Assembly (NCBI GenBank): GCA_003427395.1
Contig: BFEA01000006.1
Location: 1,668,737 to 1,732,736, forward strand
Length of the DNA stretch: 64,000 nucleotides
From: Chara braunii
Lineage: Eukaryota > Plantae > Charophyceae
Direction: 5' to 3'
Below the pieces are notes generated by a model. The model had not been told where the DNA came from and made no database searches. It was given only the letters and a program-made list of their open reading frames with translations. Both the position numbers and the translations under genes were made by a program. The first letter of the stretch is position 1. Every line of letters begins with the position of its first letter. This document shows, piece after piece, positions 26,601 through 38,016 of the stretch.

Positions 26601-28126
26601 TGTACGAGTGCCCCTGCGTTCGCCAGGCAGGTGGTCAGGAATGACCTTGATTATCAAGTGTTCATTGCCTATGTAAACTCGGTAAGTGAGGGTAAAAAGG
26701 AAGAGGTTGTACCCTCACCACCCAATGTGCAAAGTTTGTTAGATGGGTTCGCTGATCATGGTTTTAGGTATTGATTGGGGCAACGCAGCGTATGACGACA
26801 TTAAGATGGGCAAGCATGAGTGCTGGCTCCCCGATTCCACAAGGGGGAAGATGAAACTGCGATTGTATCATGCATTCGGCGTAGAGAGTAAGTTTGTCCC
26901 TTTGTTGTGTGAGTGCCCTTGTGTTCGCTAGGCACGTGGTAAAAAATGACCTTGCTGATCAAGTGTTCGTTGCCTATGTAAGTCCGGTAATTGAGGGTAA
27001 AAAGGAAGAGATGTCCATACCACCCAATGTGCAAAGTCTGTTAGACGAGCTCGTTGATGTGGGAGAGGCCCCAAGTGGAAGAGGGTTGCAGAAAATGCAC
27101 GTAGGAATGAAAGTAAAGAAGTTAGATGTGCCGGTCATTAGTAAGTTGGTCGATAATACGGAAATGGTCGTATGTGAGTATGTTGAAGGTGGGTTCGCTG
27201 ATCATGGTTTTAGGTATTGATTGGGGCAACGCAACATATAAGGACATTAAGATGGGCAAGCATGAGTGCCGGCTCCCCAGTTCCACAAGGGGGAAGATGA
27301 AACTACGATTGTATCATGCCTTCGGCGAAGAGAGTAGTTTGTCCTTTTGTTGTATGAGTGCCCCTGTGTTCGCCAGGCACATGGTAAAAAATGACCTTGC
27401 TGATCAAGTGTTTGTTGCCTATGTAAGACCGATAATTGAGGGTAAAAAGGAAGAGATAACCATACCACCCAATGTGGAAAGTCTGTTAGACGAGCTCGCT
27501 GATGTGGGAGAGGCCCCAAGTGGAGTTGTAGAGAGAGAGACCAAGCACATGATCCCTACATATATAACCATCGCTAATTTTTGGCCTGTGACATTCAGAC
27601 GATCGGGGCCCTCCGATTTTACACTCCGCAACGGTCCCGATCGTCTGCTGATGGTTTTCTCTTAGAAGTTGAACCGTCGCACGTGGTGCCTGGCCTGCAT
27701 GCCAGCACCGGTACCATGCGCGGTACCAAGTCCGCGTGCCTGTGTGGGTATTGTCGCATGTTACTGCCCCATGTTACTGGGCCAGCGTCGGAACCGCACA
27801 CGGTACCGGGGCAGTGTGGGTACCATCACAACAGCATCGCACGTTACCGGGCCAGCGCGGGTACCGAGCGCGATTTGGGGGCAGTGTGCGCTTACAACGT
27901 TAAGCAACAAACGTTTTGCGAATTGACCCGGTAGGTAGACTAGACGCCGCCAATAGACGTGTCTAAGGTACTCCACGCCGTTGTGGACTGCCCTACTCTA
28001 CGTTACAGGCTAACCCTACTCGACGACGTTGTGGACTGCCCTACTCTACGCTACTGAAAGCTCTACTCTATGCGTTCAACACACACACACACTGGGCGAT
28101 GTGGTGAGTCCTTATTGCATCCTGGG

Positions 28127-28183
28127 CAGATTGTCGGGGCTCAGCCTCCTGATGAGTCGGTGAAAGTCTGACGAAACAGTCTG
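28127..28183 (+). ncRNA. Type III hammerhead ribozyme, copy 1 (predicted cleavage after GUC at 28135)
   Basis: Stem III CAGAUUGU/ACAGUCUG; stem I GGGGC-uca-GCCUC; core CUGAUGA; stem II GUCGG-ugaaagu-CUGAC; core GAAA. Confidence 0.9.
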
Positions 28184-28186
28184 GCA

Positions 28187-28245
<59 letters not shown>

Positions 28246-28694
28246 CACACATGCACAGAAAGAGATTGTTGCTCCTAAGCTTATTGTCGTGCTGGAGATT
28301 AGGCTGTGCATCGGGACGGGCTCTGCATCGAGAAGGTTGGACACCGATGCTTGGGCTGTGCGTTAGAGCGCACCAGCATGACTGAAGGTGAGTTATTTCA
28401 TGCTTTCTGTTTGTGTGTTTGTGTGTGTGTGTGATGTGCGACCCACTTCCCTCAATGCTATTACTCCACTCTATGTTGCGATGGTAGACTTCGACTTTGC
28501 TACTCTACTCTACGCCTCTACTCTATGCTGCGACGCTCGACTTGAACTATGCTACTCTGGTCTGTGCGGCTCCGACACTCAACGATGTTCGCTACTCTAC
28601 GGTGTGCGAGAGAGAGCGGGATAGCGGGAGGGGGAGCGGCACAAGGTAGAGAGGGGGAAGCGGAGGGGACGATGGGCGCCGGATCGAGCACACG

Positions 28695-28728
<34 letters not shown>

Positions 28729-28958
28729 CGTGGGATAGCGGGAGTGGGAACGGGATGGCGGGAGCGGGACCAGGAGCCGGATAGCAGGACCGTGAGTGGC
28801 ATACGACGGAGAGGGGGAGGGGGAGATGGGCGCTGGGTCGAGCGTGCGCCAGAGAGAGAGAGAGAGAGAGAGAAGGATAGCAGAAGCGATAGCGGGAGCA
28901 GCACGGGGCGGAGAGCGGGAGGGGGACGGGAATATGGGCGCCGGGTAGAGTGTTCGCG

Positions 28959-29032
<74 letters not shown>

Positions 29033-30020
29033 NNNNNNNNNNNNNNNNNNNNNNNNNNNNNNNNNNNNNNNNNNNNNNNNNNNNNNNNNNNNNNNNNNNN
29101 NNNNNNNNNNNNNNNNNNNNNNNNNNNNNNNNNNNNNNNNNNNNNNNNNNNNNNNNNNNNNNNNNNNNNNNNNNNNNNNNNNNNNNNNNNNNNNNNNNNN
29201 NNNNNNNNNNNNNNNNNNNNNNNNNNNNNNNNNNNNNNNNNNNNNNNNNNNNNNNNNNNNNNNNNNNNNNNNNNNNNNNNNNNNNNNNNNNNNNNNNNNN
29301 NNNNNNNNNNNNNNNNNNNNNNNNNNNNNNNNNNNNNNNNNNNNNNNNNNNNNNNNNNNNNNNNNNNNNNNNNNNNNNNNNNNNNNNNNNNNNNNNNNNN
29401 NNNNNNNNNNNNNNNNNNNNNNNNNNNNNNNNNNNNNNNNNNNNNNNNNNNNNNNNNNNNNNNNNNNNNNNNNNNNNNNNNNNNNNNNNNNNNNNNNNNN
29501 NNNNNNNNNNNNNNNNNNNNNNNNNNNNNNNNNNNNNNNNNNNNNNNNNNNNNNNNNNNNNNNNNNNNNNNNNNNNNNNNNNNNNNNNNNNNNNNNNNNN
29601 NNNNNNNNNNNNNNNNNNNNNNNNNNNNNNNNNNNNNNNNNNNNNNNNNNNNNNNNNNNNNNNNNNNNNNNNNNNNNNNNNNNNNNNNNNNNNNNNNNNN
29701 NNNNNNNNNNNNNNNNNNNNNNNNNNNNNNNNNNNNNNNNNNNNNNNNNNNNNNNNNNNNNNNNNNNNNNNNNNNNNNNNNNNNNNNNNNNNNNNNNNNN
29801 NNNNNNNNNNNNNNNNNNNNNNNNNNNNNNNNNNNNNNNNNNNNNNNNNNNNNNNNNNNNNNNNNNNNNNNNNNNNNNNNNNNNNNNNNNNNNNNNNNNN
29901 NNNNNNNNNNNNNNNNNNNNNNNNNNNNNNNNNNNNNNNNNNNNNNNNNNNNNNNNNNNNNNNNNNNNNNNNNNNNNNNNNNNNNNNNNNNNNNNNNNNN
30001 NNNNNNNNNNNNNNNNNNNN

Positions 30021-30129
30021 TCCATCATCAAGCGTAGTATCTGCTCCGTTCAGTTTCGTATCTTATCCGTGGTCCATCGAGACCTTTTTATTTTATAAAA
30101 GAAAGAAAGAGCACGCACGTGCAGGAGCG

Positions 30130-30196
<67 letters not shown>

Positions 30197-30893
30197 CCGT
30201 TGTAACGAACTGTGCATTCGCCCCACCTTCCCTCTCCCCCCCACAGGAGCAAGTGCAGTATCTGCTTCGATCAGATGCGTGGTTCATCGTGATGGTTAAA
30301 AAGGGAAAAAAAAAACAAACACGTCCAAGACGCGGGAGAGAGACTAGAGAGAGAGGGAGAGAGAGAGAGACTGCAGTCTAACTAACTATGCGCCAGACGT
30401 CCCCCCTCCCAACGATCAAGTGTACTATCTGATCCATGGTCCAGAAAAAAAGTGTGCGCGCAAGACGCCGGTGCGCGAGAGAGAGGGTGAGAGAGAGAGG
30501 GACAGACAGCAATCTAACCAAGTACGCCCCCGCCGCCCCCCGCGCCCCCCCCCGGACCCCGAAAGATTAAGCAAATTTAAGTGTAATATCTGCTCCGTTC
30601 AGTTTCATATCTGATCCGTGGTCCATTGAGACCTTTCTATGTTAATAAAGAAAAGAAAAAAAAGCACGCGCGTGCGCGAGAGATTTTGAGAGAGAGAGAG
30701 AGAGAGAGGGATCTAACTAATTGTGCGCCTCCCCCACCCCTACACACACACACGATCAAGTGCAGTATCTGCTTTGATCAGTTTCATATCCCATCTTCTC
30801 ACATGATCAAGCGTAGTATCTGCTCTGTTCCGTTTCATATCTGATCCGTTGTCCATCGAGACCTTTTTATTTTCACAAAAAAAAAAAGCACCG

Positions 30894-30942
<49 letters not shown>

Positions 30943-31070
30943 TCCATGGAGATGGTTTGAACGCGCCCAAGACGCGGGAGAGAGACTAAAGAGAGAAAGA
31001 GAGAGGGAGAGAGAGAGAGACCCCAATCTAACTAACTACGGGTCACCCCGCCCCCCTCCCAATGATCACG
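30021..31070. repeat. Helitron-internal repeat units interspersed with (GA)n
   Basis: Variants of ATCAAGYGYAGTATCTGCT...CATATCTGATCCGTGGTCCA at ~30025, 30580, 30755, 30805 and 32010. Confidence 0.8.
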
Positions 31071-31079
31071 TGTTGTATG

Positions 31080-31930
31080 TGAAACAGTTTTCACCTTTGG
31101 CAGTAGCAGATGCAGATCCCAGGGGTCGATCCCTTGACCTCAGCTTACCTGTGTACAGTATCTGCACAGTTCCCTGGAGTTGAACCCGTGACCTGCACGA
31201 TAGCCAGTGGNNNNNNNNNNNNNNNNNNNNNNNNNNNNNNNNNNNNNNNNNNNNNNNNNNNNNNNNNNNNNNNNNNNNNNNNNNNNNNNNNNNNNNNNNN
31301 NNNNNNNNNNNNNNNNNNNNNNNNNNNNNNNNNNNNNNNNNNNNNNNNNNNNNNNNNNNNNNNNNNNNNNNNNNNNNNNNNNNNNNNNNNNNNNNNNNNN
31401 NNNNNNNNNNNNNNNNNNNNNNNNNNNNNNNNNNNNNNNNNNNNNNNNNNNNNNNNNNNNNNNNNNNNNNNNNNNNNNNNNNNNNNNNNNNNNNNNNNNN
31501 NNNNNNNNNNNNNNNNNNNNNNNNNNNNNNNNNNNNNNNNNNNNNNNNNNNNNNNNNNNNNNNNNNNNNNNNNNNNNNNNNNNNNNNNNNNNNNNNNNNN
31601 NNNNNNNNNNNNNNNNNNNNNNNNNNNNNNNNNNNNNNNNNNNNNNNNNNNNNNNNNNNNNNNNNNNNNNNNNNNNNNNNNNNNNNNNNNNNNNNNNNNN
31701 NNNNNNNNNNNNNNNNNNNNNNNNNNNNNNNNNNNNNNNNNNNNNNNNNNNNNNNNNNNNNNNNNNNNNNNNNNNNNNNNNNNNNNNNNNNNNNNNNNNN
31801 NNNNNNNNNNNNNNNNNNNNNNNNNNNNNNNNNNNNNNNNNNNNNNNNNNNNNNNNNNNNNNNNNNNNNNAACCATATCTCTGAGTTTTGAGTGGGCGCA
31901 TGTCGCCAGTGTGCTGCGTTACTGTTTACA
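31080..31930 (+). mobile_element. Probable solo LTR nested in the Helitron (mostly gap)
   Basis: Start TGAAACAG resembles the 35101 LTR start. Ends TTTACA. Flanks TATG/TGTG match at 3 of 4 positions. Confidence 0.4.
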
Positions 31931-32037
31931 TGTGTGAAAAGTGTGTTTGAAAACGAGTCTGATTGAATATGTGATCCTTGGTCCATCGAGACTGTTTACA
32001 AAAAAAACAAGATGCAGTTTCATATCTGATCCGTGGT

Positions 32038-32089
<52 letters not shown>

Positions 32090-32429
32090 GGGAACGCAGG
32101 AGAGGGAGGGAGTAGACATGGGCTCTTGAGCGTGATTGTCCATTGGGACCAATTGAAAAGAAGAAGGAAAAAAGTGGAAAATCTGCAAGCCTGTGCGCGC
32201 ACCAGAGAGAGAGAGAGAGTCCATCAATTTCTTGGCAAACATTCCTTTTTTATTGCGGGCGTAGCCGCAACAGGTCCCCTAGTATACATGAAATGCGGTA
32301 GCCAGATTCTCAAGGGCGTAATCTATCGAATGTTTCCCAAGGAACTCGATGAGCTACGCAGACAGTTAGATGAGTTAGTAGAAAAAGGTTGGATTAAGCC
32401 AAGTTCCTCACCATGTGGACAGGAGCACA

Positions 32430-33554
32430 ATCACTGACGATTCCACTCCTCAACACGTAGACCAACCCTCTAGACTTAGACTCTCTATAGGACTACAGAG
32501 CTCTCCCTTCTGCTTCAGCCAGGTTACCACAACCGTCGGATGCTTTCGCAAACCACAATCATCAATCTTTCCACAATCGTCGGATGTGAGCTCAACCACA
32601 ATCACCAGTCTTTCCACAGTTGACGGATGCTTTCGCAACCACAGTCACCAATCTTTCCATTGTCGACGGCTACCTGGCTTTCGCTTCAGATCGATGCTCT
32701 GTCAACTGCTCGATTCTAGCCTAAGCTACACTAGTCTGTCACTACAGGACTATTGGCTGATCAGGAGGCATTTAAGGAGATCCCCCATAACTACAGGACT
32801 ATTGGCTGATCAGGAGGCATTTAAGGAGATCCCCCATAACTCCTCAAGAATTCTTTAACGTCGCAGACAGGACGACGATCACATCCAAAGTCCTCTCAAA
32901 ACTTAGACAAACTAAACACCTGCTTTGCAGCTCAGAGTTCGGGTATAGCATACCACCCAAAGCAACCCGCCGGTCTGTACCGGTCCTTGGGGTGTTTTCC
33001 TAGGTCGTCTAGCGTCAGATACATCTCAACCCCTACTAAGTCCCGTGCAGACATTTGCTCACACCCTCTACCTGACCACATACACAGAACCTATCGACCT
33101 GGACAGAAGTGACTGGATGCAGAAAGAGATGACAACTGACTCTCGACAAGTACGAAGGTGAGCGTGCAGCATCCACAGGGCAAAGGAGGTAGGGCCAAGG
33201 CTTGAAGAGATTATACTGCTCCTCGCTCCACACTCCAGCTTAGTCAATGATGTTGGTCAACACTGTCCGGCCAGCGCTGGTCAACACTTGGTCAAACATC
33301 GTCGGGCAGCCCTCGGTCAATGCCAGTCAGCTGCCGTCAACGTTGGCTATGGGGGCTTTTTCTCCCTTCGTCAACTTTGCCCTCCTTCGTCCTTAAGCTC
33401 GGGTATGGCCGACTTCTCCTTCCTCTTTGCCGGCTATGGCTTCCTTCACCTTTGTCAACTCTCTCTCTCTCCCCCTCTTCACTTTCTCCTTCGTCCCAGT
33501 TGTCGTTTTCTTCCTCCCAGATTGGCGGCTATGGCCGCGTCCGCTATGGCGGAT

Positions 33555-33587
<33 letters not shown>

Positions 33588-35250
33588 TTATCTATCTATC
33601 TCCCTTCGTCACTCGCTTCTTTTCGCTGACAGTCGTCTTCTTCGTTGCGGCGACAGTTGTGATGGACCGGACAACGGAGCCTGCTATGATACCAGTTCAA
33701 TAAGACTTGTCATCAACTTTTCTTTCTACATGCATGCATACAGATGTTGATGGCTGACAAACTCTCACAACGAAGAAACAGCAACAAACGTGAGATGGCG
33801 CATAGCGCCTACACTAAAAACTCAGATATATGTCCCTTGGCCAGAAACTTCGTAAAAGTCAACTCGTCACAGCTTGCGGCTATGGCTCCGAATGCCAGTC
33901 TTGATTCCCACCCGTGCACTGTATCCACCATTAGACACACTCTCACTCGCTCACATGCACGCACACATTAGGATCTACCATGAATGTCCACGCACCCTCA
34001 CACACGCATACACTACATGCTACTGTGACGTCGACACTCAGCGGCTATGGCCGCCATCATTTTCCTCTAGGTGGCAATGGCCGTCGTCATCCTCCTGTTC
34101 CCTCTTCGTCGTCGGGCACCTGCAGACCTCCTTGCAGAAGTCACGTAGGCAGCGCTTCTGCATGGCTCGCAAGCGAATGAATGAATGGCTGGGTACTGCC
34201 TCTTTATTTATACTGTTTCGCTGGTGGCTGGGTACTGCCTCTTTATTTATACTGTTTCGCTGGTGGTCTGGCCTGCCTTCAGTCTCAGGCCCAAGTGATG
34301 TGTGGCCCCACCTGGTACTTGGTGACTGGACAAGGTGGACTGGGACTGGGACTGCTGACTCGACAAGGTGGACTGGGATTGGAACTGCTGACTGGACTAG
34401 GATTAGACTGTCACTTGCTGACTCAGCTATGGACACCGACTCCTATGGGTTCGAAGACTCAACGACTGTCCTTTTGCTATGCTGATGGCTAGGACTGGAA
34501 CTGCTGACTGGACTAGGATTAGACTGTTGCTTGCTGAGTCAGCTATGGACACCGACTCCTATGGGTTCGAAGACTACGTTTGACTGTCCTTTTGCTATGC
34601 TGATGGCTAACCTACAGGCCTGACCCGTAACTGCTAGTCCTATGGTCTACGGGCCAAGTCCACGACCACACTTGTACGCATGCACCCGTTGTAGGAAACA
34701 GGTCACACGTTCAAGGCACACAGGGTCAGCGGGTAGCTGTACAGGGGTTGGGGTATGTCTGGGGATAGAGCCCTGGGATCTGCACTCTCACATGAACTAA
34801 GTGAAACCGTTTCACTCCCGCTGTAGAGGGCTAACCTACAAGACTGTCTCTTAACTACATTCGACTGTCCTTTCGCTACGCTGAGGGCTAACCTACAGGA
34901 CTGACCCTTGACTACTAGTCCTATGGTCGACAGGTCAAGTCCATGCGACCACACTTGTACGCATGCACCCTAAACTTACGTTGTAGGAAGCAGGTCACGG
35001 GTTTAAGGCACACAGTACGGGTAGCTGTACAGGGGTGGGGTAGGTCTGGAGATCGAGCCCTGGGACCTGCACTCTCACGTGAACTAATTGAAACCGTTTC
35101 ACTCCTGCAGTCAAGGTCTTCGAGAATCCTCTAATCCAAGGCAGGACCTTTACCCTTCCTTGTTCTTTCATAGGCACAAACTATGTCGGGAGCAGTCTCT
35201 AGAAGTTCAGTTCTGGTAAACCATCTGTTGTCCTCTGGTTCCCTGGTAAG
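32430..35250 (-). mobile_element. Minus-strand Gypsy junction: chromodomain tail, LTR (35101-33697), PBS (33683-33694), leader
   Basis: EDNRWFTRTELLETAPDIV on the minus strand, LTR start TGAAAC, PBS TGGTATCATAGC, and the conserved leader block at 32800-32880. The LTR start segment is duplicated (~290 bp). Confidence 0.65.
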
Positions 35251-35334
35251 CAAACCTGACTTTGTATTGCTTCTGGGGACGACAGCGACCTCCAGTCCTG
35301 GGATCTGCACTCTCGTGCGAACTAAGTGAAACCG

Positions 35335-35720
35335 TTTCACACGCATCCTAATAAGATATATGGACAAACTGGGCAGATGAACATAGTGCTACAGCAAGTT
35401 CTGTGTATGTACATCCGTCCAGAACAGATTGACTGGGATGAACATCTGGCTAAGGTCGCTAGTGCCTATAACAATTCTGTGCATTTAGCTACAGCAAGAA
35501 CACTCACTGAACTGCATTTGGGTTGGCGCCCACACATGCCCATCGACTGTCTGAACCCTGATCAAGTGCAAAGGCTTCCACCAGGTACTAGAGAATACGC
35601 TGTACAGTATGAGAAAGAGAAAGTCACAATATTAGGAAAGCACAGTATCAGATGATAGAACAGGCAAATAAGCACCACAGACCTTCGCAATTTGCTGTCG
35701 GGGATTTGGTCTGCGTAAAG
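35335..35720 (+). pseudogene. Gypsy integrase fragment
   Basis: GQTGQMNIVLQQVLCMYIRPEQIDWDEHLAKVASAYNNSVH. Confidence 0.8.
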
Positions 35721-36819
35721 TCTAATAAAAGGGCCTTTACCCGATATAGGCCTCAGGCCTTGTAAAAATAGAGCAGCACGGGCCTTGTAAAAGTAAAGCA
35801 TTGTCAAAAGGTATCTTGCCAGGGCTCAGAAACGTGAAAACAGGTCAAAAGTCAAGTTCTCTATCAACAGGCACATCTAAATCTAAGGCAAAGGGCATTG
35901 TCAAAAGACTTACCTGTTCACCAGGAGATGTGTATGTCATGTCTGTTCGAGTAAGGGTGTGTCTGTACGTGTAGGCAGTGTACCTGTTTGTGCAATGGAA
36001 AGTGCCTGTTCAAGTAGTAAATGTGTCTGTTCGTTTAGAGTTGTGCCTGTCCGAAAGTGAAGTCAGTAGGCACAGTCCCAGTTCTGGTCTAAGTCAAGGG
36101 GTCAGTCCAGATCCANNNNNNNNNNNNNNNNNNNNNNNNNNNNNNNNNNNNNNNNNNNNNNNNNNNNNNNNNNNNNNNNNNNNNNNNNNNNNNNNNNNNN
36201 NNNNNNNNNNNNNNNNNNNNNNNNNNNNNNNNNNNNNNNNNNNNNNNNNNNNNNNNNNNNNNNNNNNNNNNNNNNNNNNNNNNNNNNNNNNNNNNNNNNN
36301 NNNNNNNNNNNNNNNNNNNNNNNNNNNNNNNNNNNNNNNNNNNNNNNNNNNNNNNNNNNNNNNNNNNNNNNNNNNNNNNNNNNNNNNNNNNNNNNNNNNN
36401 NNNNNNNNNNNNNNNNNNNNNNNNNNNNNNNNNNNNNNNNNNNNNNNNNNNNNNNNNNNNNNNNNNNNNNNNNNNNNNNNNNNNNNNNNNNNNNNNNNNN
36501 NNNNNNNNNNNNNNNNNNNNNNNNNNNNNNNNNNNCATTGATGACTTGGAGACTATCTGCAAGGGTAGCACTGATTCACTGGAAGTCATATTGATGAGTT
36601 GGCAAGATATTGGTGTTGCGCTGACGAGCGCTGGACTCAGGGGAACTTTGAAACACTTTGTATTCATATTTCTGATAATATAAACTGTGGAACTCGGTCC
36701 TCATCTTCTCTATCTTTGTCTATTGTCAGACTACTGTTCATTGTGTGTGGGATTACGATGCATGGCATGTACACACTTGCGTGAGATGGTCTCCAGGACC
36801 CATGCACTAAGGAGTTTTT

Positions 36820-38016
36820 CCCAGAGGAGAATATATTGCAGAAGCTATTGCCTGTATCTAGGGGCCTGTGGCAGATACTCGATGTGATTGGTGATGTGGA
36901 TGGGCCCTCTTACAATGATGAGATCCCTCCTCATTTGCTCACTTACCCGGTGTTTCATGCCACTAAGTTACTCCCTGGTGTCAGCAATGAGATGTTTCCG
37001 TCTTGAATCATGATATGAAAATTCAAGCTCCGCCCTCGGTTCGTGTGTTTTGCTTAAAGCCTACCCTAATTTGTTGTACTGGAATTGACCGACAAAAGGT
37101 CACACAATTTGCTGCCAGAATCAAACGTTGTAAGCCTCCTGAAGTTTATAAAGGGAAGGGTCTTCAATATCGAAATGAAATTATACTCGAGAAACAAGGC
37201 AAAAAAAAAAGACCATGTCATATTTCGAATCGAATGATTCCTCACGATATGGATGGCAAATATGACGTAGATCGCATCGTTGCAGAGGATGTTTATTGAT
37301 CAGGACGCAGGGGTAGACCCCAGCGACAACCTTCGGAGGATCGTTGGTTTACTAGAGATGAACTAGTTGAGACAGCACCGCACATAGTGTCTTATTCCGT
37401 GAGGGCTAGAAGAGGAATCAATATAATTGACACTGACAGATAAAGATTGTAACTTTCTCGGAGGACCTTGAAATCAGGCCAGCGAGAGTGAAAGCCATTC
37501 CATGATGCAGAACCCAAATTCGTATCTCAGGGTCAAAGTGTCAGAGGCCAAGTCGGCCAGTTTCAGAAAGGTCACAGTCGGGTACCCCAGGGGTCAAGTC
37601 CAATAGGTACCCGGTGGAGAGTCACATCCCAGAGGCAAAAGTTGTAACGTCATATCCCACAGGCAAAGGACAATTCCCCAGACAGGTACTTCATAAGCAA
37701 AACTCATGTGTCATGTTGAAAGGTCATATCCCACAGGCAAAGGACACTTCCCCAGACAAAAGTCGTGTCCCATAGGCAAGAGTCACATCCCGGAGTCAAA
37801 AATCATACTCAACAGGCATAGGTCACGTCCCACAGACCCAAAGCAGCAGCAATACAAGAAAAGCCCAAAAGGGACCGGGCCTCACATTCTGAAGCAAAGC
37901 AGGCCGTGGGCATATGGTACCAGATCCAAGTCAAGCCAAAGGAAGTAGACGCTGGGACAAGTCAAGGCTCAGTCCAAGTCATTATAAGGACGGGCCAGCC
38001 ACATTTCGGACATAAA
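36820..38016 (+). mobile_element. Gypsy integrase C-terminus/chromodomain plus the start of a 3' LTR (37489), interrupted by a NUMT
   Basis: YPVFHATKL...DGKYDVDRIVAE...EDRWFTRDELVETAPHIV, then purine-rich AGCGAGAG followed by TGAAAG. Confidence 0.75.
37006..37226 (+). pseudogene. rpl6: Mitochondrial insertion (NUMT): 3' part of rpl6, possibly with the first codons of rps13
   Basis: HDMKIQAPPSVRVFCLKPTLICCTGIDRQKVTQFAARIKRCKPPEVYKGKGLQYRNEIILEKQGKKK matches the plant mitochondrial L6 C-terminus. It is followed by ACC ATG TCA TAT. Confidence 0.85.

Larger units (their letters stand above)
27553..32282 (+). mobile_element. Non-autonomous Helitron
   Basis: 5' end A|TCCCTACATATATAA. 3' hairpin TTGCGG-gcgtag-CCGCAA (32253-32270) followed by CTAG|T. 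No TSD. Removing it restores the Gypsy pol frame. Contains two N gaps. Confidence 0.8.
21500..32420 (+). mobile_element. Degenerate truncated Ty3/Gypsy element (leader, gag, protease, RT start) split by a Helitron
   Basis: Zinc knuckle CCNCGDPNH at ~25850 and protease FIDSGS at ~26210. TKHMI at 27540-27552 joins in frame to GSQILKGVIYRMFPKELDELRRQLDELVEKGWIKPSSSP at 32283-32415. Many stops and internal duplications. Confidence 0.8.

Noticed and set aside
31110-31200. tRNA B-box-like GGTTCAACTCC on the minus strand (SINE?)
   Set aside because: No A-box or cloverleaf, and the segment resembles the Gypsy LTR start at 34990-35101.
28549-31986. Long ORFs spanning X runs
   Set aside because: Artefacts of N gaps and (GA)n.
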